From NCBI GenBank assembly GCA_030652695.1, contig JAUSQD010000106.1:1-42956 (forward strand): DNA of 42,956 bases. The letters run 5' to 3'. The DNA comes from Actinomycetota bacterium (GTDB taxonomy: Bacteria > Actinomycetota > Actinomycetes > S36-B12). The notes under the pieces were generated by a model. That model searched no databases. It was not told where the DNA came from and saw nothing but the letters and a program-made list of their open reading frames with translations. The translations under genes and the position numbers were made by a program. Shown piece by piece: positions 15,761 to 24,626 of this stretch. The number at the start of each line of letters is the position of its first letter. Positions within the stretch are counted from its first letter, which is position 1.

Positions 15761-17794
15761 TCAGGGAGTGGAAAGCACGGAGACGAGCAGCGGCGCCAGA
15801 TTCTTGCTGGCACCGATCGAGATGTGTCCCGCATCGCGATACAGATAGAGGTCGCCAATTTGTGTCGCGCATTGGTCTTGCGGGCAGAAATAGACGCGAG
15901 GATCGAAGATGCGTGCTCCAGTCGCTCGAGCAACCGCTTCAATTCCCGTGCGCGAGGCCTGCTGATTCTGATCGGCAACGGAGCGCGGCATTGCAGACCT
16001 CAATTGCGAACCGCTGGCAATCTCCAGCGCCGAGAACTGGCGCGGGTCGGCCGCCAAGGGCTCAGCAAAGTACGGCACATCCTGAGCCAGGATCACCCGA
16101 TGGCCCGAATCCTGCAACTGCCTGACCGTTGACTCAAGCCCGCTTCGAAGATTGGCAACCTTGCTTCGCGCTTCATTTGTCACTGCATCAGCCGTGAGTC
16201 CCGCTGAGAACACCGAAGAATTCCAGTAGACACTTGAACTGGACAAGATGACATCTCCTGGTGGCGCAGACTCCAGCCACTTCAGGGTCTTCTGCACAAA
16301 GGGCCGGCACTTGGCAAGACGTGCCGCCGACGATTTGAAGTGCACATCAATGAACGGGCAGGCGTTCGCCGTCCCGATGGTCAGCGGCCTTCCAGCAGCC
16401 GTTGCAGCACTTATGGCCGCCTCGCTCAAATGATCTGCGTGCGAGTCACCGATGAGGTAGATGGGCGATCCAGATGCCTGGGCGTTCCAGAGGCAAGTCC
16501 TGGGTTTGCGCTCACTGGGCGCTATGGACTCATTGCATCCGGCGGCATTGCCTGCATGCATGGGAGACACGGCAGCGATGAAGTCTTGAACGCGAGGGTT
16601 CCAGAAGCCATTCTCCGCAGCTGACCACAGGATCAGCGCCAACGCCATTGGCGGAACCATCGTGAGTGCGACCAGCCGAGCCATCCGCGGCTTGCTCACA
16701 TCGCGAAGGCTGCGGATTGGCTGTTCAAGCCACTGATACGAAGCGATGGAAGGCAACAGAGATGCCACCGCGGCAATGAAGGCGATGCCTGGCGTGTTTG
16801 GCCACAACATCAGCGCGAAAACGATGCACGGCCAATGCCAGAGGTACCACGAATAAGAGATGTTGCCGACCGCTACGAAGGGAGAACGCCCAAGGAAGCG
16901 ACTCACGGCATTGCCTTCATGCATGCCGCAAGCGAGCAGCAGCACGGTGCTGACGACCGGAATGATCGTCATCGGTCCGGGCCACACTGTCGTGTCATTG
17001 ACAAGCCACAGGGATGCAGCAAGGCCGACTATTCCCAAGATTCCGAATATCAATGCCATCACTCGCGAGATGCGCAGCTCGACCTTGGTGGCAGCAAGAG
17101 CGAGCAAGGCGCCGACTGCAAACTCCCAAGCGCGGCTCAATGGACCATAGAAGCCACCAAGCCACTCAGGCATGAAGGGAATGCGATGACCACGTGCCTC
17201 CAGCATTGCGATCGCAAAGGACAGCACAGCGACCCCACCGACCAAGGCAGCAGGAATCCAAGGCACTCTTGCCTTCTTGGCCAGTTTCCATCCCAGGAAA
17301 AGCAAGAGAGGAAACACCAAGTAGAACTGCTCTTCAACTGACAATGACCAGGTATTCAGGAGTGGGTTGGCCGCCGCCGGCGCATCGAAATATCCACCTG
17401 TCGTTTCGGCGATCACAAAGTTCGCCGAGAGAAGCAGCGCGCCAATACCGGTCTGCGCTGCAATCTGTTGGTCGCCCATGGGCGACTGGATCAGCACAGA
17501 CACGATGACCACCACTGCCACCAGGAGCGCGAGTGCTGGGGTCAGCCTTCGAAATCGGCGAGCATAGAAAGTCGAGAATTTCAGACTCTGCGTCCGGACC
17601 CATTCACGAGCGAGCATTGCGGTGATGACGAATCCAGAGATGACGAAGAACACGTCGACCCCAAGAAAGCCGCCAGGCACTGGCAATCCGGCATGAAATG
17701 CGACAACAAACCCCACGGCCAGAGCCCTCAGGCCCTGGATGTCCTCACGGCGGTTGTCTGGCATGGAGGACGAGGGCAGGGACTGCGGCGTCAT
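15761..17794 (-). CDS. Acyltransferase family 3 (OafA/OatA-like) fused to a C-terminal SGNH domain
   Basis: The N-terminus reads DIQGLRALAVGFVVAFHA and is followed by about 10 TM helices. The C-terminal extracytoplasmic domain carries IGDSHADH (SGNH block I). Confidence 0.8.
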   Translation of the reverse strand: MTPQSLPSSSMPDNRREDIQGLRALAVGFVVAFHAGLPVPGGFLGVDVFFVISGFVITAMLAREWVRTQSLKFSTFYARRFRRLTPALALLVAVVVIVSVLIQSPMGDQQIAAQTGIGALLLSANFVIAETTGGYFDAPAAANPLLNTWSLSVEEQFYLVFPLLLFLGWKLAKKARVPWIPAALVGGVAVLSFAIAMLEARGHRIPFMPEWLGGFYGPLSRAWEFAVGALLALAATKVELRISRVMALIFGILGIVGLAASLWLVNDTTVWPGPMTIIPVVSTVLLLACGMHEGNAVSRFLGRSPFVAVGNISYSWYLWHWPCIVFALMLWPNTPGIAFIAAVASLLPSIASYQWLEQPIRSLRDVSKPRMARLVALTMVPPMALALILWSAAENGFWNPRVQDFIAAVSPMHAGNAAGCNESIAPSERKPRTCLWNAQASGSPIYLIGDSHADHLSEAAISAATAAGRPLTIGTANACPFIDVHFKSSAARLAKCRPFVQKTLKWLESAPPGDVILSSSSVYWNSSVFSAGLTADAVTNEARSKVANLRSGLESTVRQLQDSGHRVILAQDVPYFAEPLAADPRQFSALEIASGSQLRSAMPRSVADQNQQASRTGIEAVARATGARIFDPRVYFCPQDQCATQIGDLYLYRDAGHISIGASKNLAPLLVSVLSTP

Positions 17795-17962
17795 TCATCC
17801 TCCAACAGCACGACAGCCCTCATGGCAACACGAAGTCTATTGACTGGCCCAGATGTGACGAGCGCGACAACCGGTGTTGTGGAGGCAGGCCAATCGCGAC
17901 AATGACGTACGCTGAATGACCGGCCGTTGGCCACACCCCACCAAATTTGCAGGAGCACAGTC

Positions 17963-19573
17963 TTGACCGAGGTACACGGCCGCAAGCGAGTCGAGGTCAC
18001 GGCTGCGGCCGTCACCACGATCGGCGTGATCATCGCCGTGTTCGCTCTGCTGATGGTCGGTCTCTCAAATTCGGCACGGGCTGGTGAAGCACTGCCAGGT
18101 GACAGCCCAGCACCTGGCGCCTCTGACTCCTCCTCCCCAAGCGCGACGCCCGATCCCACCGCCAGCGGCTCGACATCACAAATCAAGAACGTGGTCATGT
18201 TGCTTGCAGACGATCTGGACTGGACGGCGTTCAATCAGGTGCCGCGCCTTGCGGCCTTGAAGAATGCCGGAACTACTCTCACCGACTTCGTCGTGACCAA
18301 TTCGCTTTGCTGCCCCTCACGCACTTCCTTCATGCGCAGTCAATTCGTGCACAACCATCGCGTGATTTCCAATGTGGCCGAAACCGGCGGCGGCTGGCCA
18401 AAGTTCTATGCACGTGGCCTGCAGAAGGACTGCCTGCCCACCTGGCTTCAGGATGCAGGGGTCAACACCTCACTGTTTGGCAAGTACTTGAATGGATTTC
18501 CGATTGGCACACCTTCGGAGAACTACATTCCCCCGGGCTGGGACTACTTCGAAACCTCAACCTCAAAGAATCAGGCATATGAGGGATTCAACTACACGCT
18601 GAACGTCAATGGGACTCTGGAAAAGTACGGCTCAGCACCCAATGAGTTTCTCAACGACGTGCTGACTCTGGATGCAGCGCAGTACCTCTCAACAGCGCAA
18701 ACACCTTTCTTCATGCTCTACGCCTCATACAACCCTCATACTCCCTTCCCTGCCTCACCACAGAACACTCAAACGCACCTGACGGATGTCCAACCACGCG
18801 TCCCGTCCTTCAATGCCAAGGGCACCAATGAAGTGAGCTGGCTGGCAGATCTGCCAGCATTGACGGCCAAGCGTGTGGACAATCTCGACAATCTGTGGCG
18901 CAAGCGCCTGCGATCAGCAGAGTCAGTTGCTGACTCCTACGACGCACTCCGAGCGCAGCTCCAAGCTTCGGGCAAGCTCGATGAGACGCTCATCATTGTG
19001 ACGTCCGACAACGGGTATCACGCAGGAGTGCATCGACTGTCGACCGGCAAGCAGTCGGCATTCCGCGAGGACGCTGTAGTGCCAGCGGTCTTCATTGGGC
19101 CTGGCATTGCCCAGGGCGCAACGATCAGCAAGACGACGTCCATGGTTGATCTCGCGCCGACAATCAGCGACATCTTCCAAGCCCCGACTCCCAGTTTTGT
19201 CGATGGTCGCAATCTGATGCCGCTGCTGAATGGCCAGGCAGACGCGCCTTGGCGGACGGCCACGCTCACCGAGAGTCTCTCGCGGACCCAGCCAGGTGAT
19301 CCCGACTATTCACGTGTCGTGCCACCCAACTTCCACGCTCTTCGAAGTCAGCAGTGGCTCTATGTCGAGTACGTCAATCGCGAGGTCGAGCTCTACGACC
19401 TGGTGAATGATCCCTACGAGATGAGCAACATTGCCCGCACAACGAATCCGGCGATCCTGGCTCAACTCCACGCTCAGCTCGACGCGATGAAGACATGCAC
19501 AGGGGAGAGCTGTCGCGTTGCCGACAGCATGCCCAACGGAACCATTAGTTCGCCAGCATTACTCGTTCAATGA
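17963..19573 (+). CDS. Membrane-anchored Cys-type (formylglycine-dependent) sulfatase
   Basis: Sulfatase motifs are LLADDLDW, LCCPSRTSFMRSQF (CxPSR), TSDNGYH and GKQ. It has an N-terminal TM helix and a Ser/Pro linker. I prefer the TTG at 17963 (AGGAG 7 nt upstream). The ORF-track ATG is at 17927. Confidence 0.8.
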   Translation: MTEVHGRKRVEVTAAAVTTIGVIIAVFALLMVGLSNSARAGEALPGDSPAPGASDSSSPSATPDPTASGSTSQIKNVVMLLADDLDWTAFNQVPRLAALKNAGTTLTDFVVTNSLCCPSRTSFMRSQFVHNHRVISNVAETGGGWPKFYARGLQKDCLPTWLQDAGVNTSLFGKYLNGFPIGTPSENYIPPGWDYFETSTSKNQAYEGFNYTLNVNGTLEKYGSAPNEFLNDVLTLDAAQYLSTAQTPFFMLYASYNPHTPFPASPQNTQTHLTDVQPRVPSFNAKGTNEVSWLADLPALTAKRVDNLDNLWRKRLRSAESVADSYDALRAQLQASGKLDETLIIVTSDNGYHAGVHRLSTGKQSAFREDAVVPAVFIGPGIAQGATISKTTSMVDLAPTISDIFQAPTPSFVDGRNLMPLLNGQADAPWRTATLTESLSRTQPGDPDYSRVVPPNFHALRSQQWLYVEYVNREVELYDLVNDPYEMSNIARTTNPAILAQLHAQLDAMKTCTGESCRVADSMPNGTISSPALLVQ

Positions 19574-21827
19574 TGTTGCGGGCCGCTTGTCCATCATCGA
19601 AGCCGCAGAACCGCTGCCGGAACTCGTCCAGCCGTTCAATGCTTTCCTGACTCTCAAATTCGCTGTTCACAAAGATCCTGACCAGTTCCGCCTGATTGAT
19701 CGCCACTGCCCCAGGAGGGCTGGCGAGCAGATCGAAGTAGGTGCCACGTGCTTCCTGGTACGCCTCCCAGTCGTCGGCAAAAATCACGATAGGGCGGCCA
19801 AGAACCGCGTAGTCAAACATGACACTTGAATAGTCAGTGATCAACAGGTCGGCCGCGAGAAAGCAGTCAACAATCGATGGCAATGACGATCCATCGATGA
19901 CTCGTCCGGAGGCCACGAGGTCGTTGATCCTTGGGCCAAGGCTGGTGGTGTGGTGCGCACGGACAATGAACACAAAGTCTTCTGAGACCTGCTCGATCAG
20001 ATCAGCGAAGTCAATTCGCAGGGATGTGTCACCCGCGACGTCGCGATACGTGGGCGCGTACAACACCACCTTCTGATCAGGTCGGACGCCAAGGCGAGCC
20101 TTGGCGTCCAGGACATCTTCAGGCGATGCATTCACCAGCACGTCATTGCGCGGATACCCGTATTCAAGCCAGGTGTACGAGCACGGATACGCGTGTCCCC
20201 ACATCTCCGTTGAGTAGGGGTTCGAACTCACAGCAAAATCCCAGTTGTCGCTGCGACGCAGGAGATCAACGAACTCCTGACGACTGCGAGCTGCATCGGT
20301 CGCAACGATCTGATTTCCTTTGCGCGGAGCCACCCGTTTGGGATCGATGGCATTGCTTGCCGCGTCGTGTCCCATCACATCCAGCCCACAGTGCTTGAGC
20401 GGGGTTCCGTGCATGGTCTGGATCATCTGCTGTCCCGGACGTTTGACGAAAGCTCCCGGGAAGTTGACGTTGTTGACCAAGTACTTGGCACGCGCAAGCA
20501 CCACCCATTGCTTGAGGGAGTTCGGCGCGACATGGGCGACGCCATCCGGCAGGCGCGATGCCTTGTCCTTCTCCATGATCCATACGGCTTTGAGGTGCGG
20601 GGCAACATCAGGCAGGGCATCGAAAATGGCCTTGGGATTGCAGCCGAAGCCAGTGCCCCAGTATTCAGAGAAGACCACGAGATTGGGATCCATCGGTCGC
20701 ATCCGAGCGAACACGTAGTAGAGGCGGCCCACGGCACGAACCTTGCGCAAGGTGCGCCGAACTGGCCAGTAGATACGGCCAAGGAAACGTCGGGTGGGGA
20801 CTCGCTTCTGATCCACCCAGCTGTACAAGGCAAAGGATGCATAGGACTTCTTGCGGAAGAGTCGAGCTCGGATATTGCTCGGCCGATTCTGCCTGTGATC
20901 ACCCTCGGAAGCCGGAGTGTGCTGCTCGACTGACAACGCGGATTGCTCGAAGAAGCGTCGTCGTTCAGACTTCGCGAGCCTGCCGCCGTGTTGAAGGATG
21001 ATCACGTAGTGATTCACCATGATGTCGAAGAGGTGTCGGCGCATGCCCTCACTGATTTCAAGCCGATCAACTTCAGCAAAGACCCGGTCGTACTGCGCAA
21101 AGACATCAAAGTGTCTCGGGCTAGTGGTGCCAAGTATGTTGCCCGATCTGCGCTGTCGATAGAGCAAGACGACGCGGTTCAATGAGACGGCCGTGCGTGC
21201 GTTCAACAGCACCGTGTACGTGTACGAGATGTCCTCGTACAGCCCCGTTTGAAAATGCACGTCAAGCTGTTGCAGGAAATCCCGTCGATATGCCTTGTTG
21301 CAGGCGATCGGAAGAAGGTTGAACAGCCGCCTGTGATCCTGCGGGCGAAACACTCCCACTGAGAGATTGGCCAGCAGTTCGGCACCCCAGCTGACGGCCT
21401 GTCGACCGTCCCACCACACGCGTGAGTAGTTGTAGATCAACACCTCTGGCAGGTTGCTTGCGCGAAGTTTGTCGGCGATGGCCTTCAGCGATCCTGGGGC
21501 GAAGGAGTCGTCACCGTCAAGAAACAGGATGTAGTCACCCGTCGCGGCGGCCACTCCAGCATTTCTGGCCAGACCCAAGCCCACATTGGATTCCAGGTGA
21601 AGGGGGCGGATGCGGGAGTCAGTACTTGCCATCTCATCAACGATGAGGCCGCTGTGGTCAGGCGTGCAGTCATTGACGACCACGATTTCGAAATCTGAGA
21701 AGTTCTGGTCGATCACCGATTCCAAGCAGGCTCGAATGTACGACTGCACGTTGTACACCGGAACGATGATGGAGAAGAACGCCATGAGGGTTGAGGATAG
21801 GGCTTGTGAACCGGCCCTCCTGCGCAT
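19545..21827 (-). CDS. Fusion of a family-2 glycosyltransferase (N-terminal) and a TagF-like CDP-glycerol/ribitol phosphotransferase (C-terminal)
   Basis: The GT2 part reads FSIIVPVYNV...VVNDCTPD...FLDGDD. The TagF-like part reads VLYAPTYRD and LITDYSSVMFDY. The real start may be the ATG at 21785 (MAFFSIIVPVYN). Confidence 0.8.
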   Translation of the reverse strand: MRRRAGSQALSSTLMAFFSIIVPVYNVQSYIRACLESVIDQNFSDFEIVVVNDCTPDHSGLIVDEMASTDSRIRPLHLESNVGLGLARNAGVAAATGDYILFLDGDDSFAPGSLKAIADKLRASNLPEVLIYNYSRVWWDGRQAVSWGAELLANLSVGVFRPQDHRRLFNLLPIACNKAYRRDFLQQLDVHFQTGLYEDISYTYTVLLNARTAVSLNRVVLLYRQRRSGNILGTTSPRHFDVFAQYDRVFAEVDRLEISEGMRRHLFDIMVNHYVIILQHGGRLAKSERRRFFEQSALSVEQHTPASEGDHRQNRPSNIRARLFRKKSYASFALYSWVDQKRVPTRRFLGRIYWPVRRTLRKVRAVGRLYYVFARMRPMDPNLVVFSEYWGTGFGCNPKAIFDALPDVAPHLKAVWIMEKDKASRLPDGVAHVAPNSLKQWVVLARAKYLVNNVNFPGAFVKRPGQQMIQTMHGTPLKHCGLDVMGHDAASNAIDPKRVAPRKGNQIVATDAARSRQEFVDLLRRSDNWDFAVSSNPYSTEMWGHAYPCSYTWLEYGYPRNDVLVNASPEDVLDAKARLGVRPDQKVVLYAPTYRDVAGDTSLRIDFADLIEQVSEDFVFIVRAHHTTSLGPRINDLVASGRVIDGSSLPSIVDCFLAADLLITDYSSVMFDYAVLGRPIVIFADDWEAYQEARGTYFDLLASPPGAVAINQAELVRIFVNSEFESQESIERLDEFRQRFCGFDDGQAARNIIERVMLAN

Positions 21828-21871
21828 GTTTGGTCAGGAGTTCCACAAGTGCGCTGTAGTAGGCTCAGCGG

Positions 21872-22768
21872 GTGAATTTGGGATCCGATGACTGCCTCAA
21901 TCCAGTACTCGTAGGTGGCACCGGCCGCAGCGGATCGACCATTCTCGGTCAGATTCTTGGCCATCATCCTGAGCTCATGCTCACTGATCCACCCGAGATC
22001 CGATTCCTGGCAAATGACCACGGCGTCGCTGAAGCACTGACCATGGCAACGGGCTCACTGCGTCACCGCCTGCGCTCCAAGCGCGAGGCACGCCTGTGTC
22101 TTGAGCGAACCAAGACACTCTGGTTCTGGCGGGCGGCCAAAATTGGCCTGCACACCTCGATCACCATCGAAGAGCTGAATGCCCTGGGTGAGACCTATCT
22201 CGCGGAGTTCGGCAAGGATCCGGTTGCCGCATCGCAGAAGTTCACGTTCGCGATCATGTCGAAGGTGGCCCGTGAGGCCAAGGGTCGACGCTGGGTGGAC
22301 ACCACGCCAGCCAATGCCCGCATCTCCGAGCAGATTGAGCCGATCTACCCGCAGTCACAGGTGATTGCGATGATCCGCGACGGGCGCGATGTGGCGGCGT
22401 CTTTTGTCGAGCAGAATTTCGGCCCGAATGAGATCTTCGCCTCCCTGCGCCAATGGGAGAAGCGCACCCTTCTGATTCACCAGGCCACACTGGCAAGCGC
22501 CCCGGGACGCTGCATCATCGTGGACATGCTTGATCTGGTGGATCGTGAGCGAGATCAGACCCTGCAGCGCATTTGCGACTTCCTCAATGTGCCGGTGGAT
22601 TCAGGGATGAAGTCGTGGTTTGACGACACCGTGAATGCAGAGAACGCGCACGTCGGTCGGTGGCGCACACAGTTCGACTCAGCGACCACGCTGGAAATCG
22701 ATCGCGTCTATGGCGAAATGGTCGAGCAATTGCGCGACCAAGGAGTCCAGATCCCCCTTGTTTCCTGA
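21872..22768 (+). CDS. PAPS-dependent sulfotransferase family protein
   Basis: The 5'-PSB-like motif is VGGTGRSGSTILG and the 3'-PB-like motif is MIRDGRDVAASF. It has no signal peptide, so it is probably cytoplasmic. The start is GTG and is uncertain by a few codons. Confidence 0.7.
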   Translation: MNLGSDDCLNPVLVGGTGRSGSTILGQILGHHPELMLTDPPEIRFLANDHGVAEALTMATGSLRHRLRSKREARLCLERTKTLWFWRAAKIGLHTSITIEELNALGETYLAEFGKDPVAASQKFTFAIMSKVAREAKGRRWVDTTPANARISEQIEPIYPQSQVIAMIRDGRDVAASFVEQNFGPNEIFASLRQWEKRTLLIHQATLASAPGRCIIVDMLDLVDRERDQTLQRICDFLNVPVDSGMKSWFDDTVNAENAHVGRWRTQFDSATTLEIDRVYGEMVEQLRDQGVQIPLVS

Positions 22769-22828
22769 GACGATGCAATCAGGGGCAGGCGAACCGGCCC
22801 GAAATGAAGGCAACAGGACTTCTAAGGT

Positions 22829-23770
22829 ATGGAGTCCCATGAAAAAAGTAGGCAATCGATGAGCGAGACCACGGAGACTGTGAGCCGACCGGTTCAGACC
22901 TTCTTGCCGCATCGCGCTGGCCTGCCCCGCCTCAGCACCTATTTCGTCACTCTGTGGCGCCGACGTCACTTTGCGATCGAACTCTCGCGAGCCTCGATGC
23001 GAGCCGCACACACCAACACCTTCTTCGGGCAGTTCTGGCTGGTCATCAGCCCAGCTCTGAATGCCGTCGTGTACTTCCTCCTGGTCAACATCATCCGCGG
23101 CGGCAACAGCGGTCCGGACTTCTTCCTTCACTTGCTGGCCGGCTTGTTCGCCTTCAACTTCATCTCAGCCACGATGAGCGCTGGCGCGAATTCGGTCGTC
23201 AGTGGCGGCAGTCTCGTGCTCAACACCGCTTTCCCACTGTTATTGCTGCCATGGTCTGCGCTGCGCACGGCCTTCTTCCGCTTCCTGCCCTCACTCATCA
23301 TCCTGTTGGCCTTCTTCAGCTACTTTGCCTTCATCGGACCCCACCCGGTGGCCTGCGATGCGGCTGGCGCCTGTGTCGAGCTCAACACGGTTCACTTCAG
23401 CCCAGTTCAGCTCATGGCCATCCCAGCATTCATGCTGATATTCGTCTTCGCAGCTGGTCTGGCTGCACTCATGGCAACCGTGCAGGTCTACTTCCGCGAC
23501 ACCACGCAGTTCTTGCCGTACGCCACCAGAATCTGGCTCTACTTGTCACCGGTGCTGTACTACGCCGACCAACTGCAGCCGTGGATGCTGAAGCTGGAAT
23601 ATTTCAATCCTCTGTTCCCCATGCTCGGCATCTGGACCGACACGCTTGCTCGCGGAATCATGCCGCCCATGAGTTGGTGGCTGGGCTCAGCAGCCTGGGC
23701 ATTTGGGACTCTGCTGATCGGAACCTTCTACTTCATTTCGCGCGAACGAGAGTTTGCGGTGCGCATTTGA
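22829..23770 (+). CDS. ABC-2 type polymer-export permease (TagG/Wzm-like)
   Basis: It has about 6 TM helices. The N-terminal segment is typical of this family (LWRRRHFAIELSRASMRAAHTNTFFGQFWLVISP). It lies immediately upstream of the cognate ATPase. Confidence 0.75.
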   Translation: MESHEKSRQSMSETTETVSRPVQTFLPHRAGLPRLSTYFVTLWRRRHFAIELSRASMRAAHTNTFFGQFWLVISPALNAVVYFLLVNIIRGGNSGPDFFLHLLAGLFAFNFISATMSAGANSVVSGGSLVLNTAFPLLLLPWSALRTAFFRFLPSLIILLAFFSYFAFIGPHPVACDAAGACVELNTVHFSPVQLMAIPAFMLIFVFAAGLAALMATVQVYFRDTTQFLPYATRIWLYLSPVLYYADQLQPWMLKLEYFNPLFPMLGIWTDTLARGIMPPMSWWLGSAAWAFGTLLIGTFYFISREREFAVRI

Positions 23771-23792
23771 CCAGGACCGTGAATCGAGGTGA

Positions 23793-24620
23793 GTGCTGAT
23801 GGAAGATGAGATGGGCGAACCGATCCCACAAATCGCGCACCGCTCCGTGTCCAACGAAGTGGCGATCACCGTCGCTGATCTTGATGTCACCTACCGGACG
23901 ACCATCGAGAAGCGCCCAACACTGAAGCAGGCCATCGTTCGTCTTGGCCGTGGCAAGAGATCCGTGCGTACAGTCGAGGCGCTCAAAGACGTGTCCTTCC
24001 AGGTCAATCGCGGCACGGTGCTTGGCATCATCGGTCACAACGGTGCGGGCAAGAGCACGCTCATGCGCACGGTGGCCGGGATCGTTCCGCCAACGCGAGG
24101 CAAAGTTGAGGTGGTAGGCCGCACCAGCACTCTGCTCTCACTCGGCGTGGGATTCAATCGCCAGCTGACCGGTCGCGAGAACGTGATCCTTGGTGGGCTG
24201 GCGGCTGGACTGACCAAGGATGAGCTCGAGGATCGTTACGATCGCATCGCTGAGTTCGCCGACATTGGTGACTTCATTGAAATGCCAATGCGGTCGTACT
24301 CATCTGGCATGGCTGCTCGACTCGCATTCAGCGTCGCTGTTCATCTGGATCCTGACATTCTGTTGATCGACGAGGCGCTTTCAACCGGCGATGCTGTGTT
24401 CAAGGAGAAGGCCACTGAGCGTATGCAGCAACTGGTTGACAATTCCAGCACCATGCTCCTGATCTCGCATGCGCTCCGCACCATCATCAACATGAGCACC
24501 GAGTGCATCTGGCTGGATCATGGCAAGTTGATGATGCGTGGAAATCCTGAAGAAGTGGTCGATGCCTACACCGAGTACATGCACGTGAAGAAGACTTCAG
24601 CAGTGCTCAACGACATGTGA
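23793..24620 (+). CDS. ABC transporter ATP-binding protein (TagH/Wzt-like)
   Basis: Walker A is GHNGAGKST, the signature is YSSGMAARLAF and Walker B is ILLIDEAL. The ATG at 23799 is an equally plausible start. Confidence 0.85.
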   Translation: MLMEDEMGEPIPQIAHRSVSNEVAITVADLDVTYRTTIEKRPTLKQAIVRLGRGKRSVRTVEALKDVSFQVNRGTVLGIIGHNGAGKSTLMRTVAGIVPPTRGKVEVVGRTSTLLSLGVGFNRQLTGRENVILGGLAAGLTKDELEDRYDRIAEFADIGDFIEMPMRSYSSGMAARLAFSVAVHLDPDILLIDEALSTGDAVFKEKATERMQQLVDNSSTMLLISHALRTIINMSTECIWLDHGKLMMRGNPEEVVDAYTEYMHVKKTSAVLNDM

Positions 24621-24626
24621 TTGCTG

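Noticed and set aside
22954-23799. 281-aa ORF overlapping the ABC-2 permease
   Set aside because: It is a same-strand shadow frame, Arg/His/Pro-rich with no TM pattern. The 22829 frame encodes a typical ABC-2 permease.
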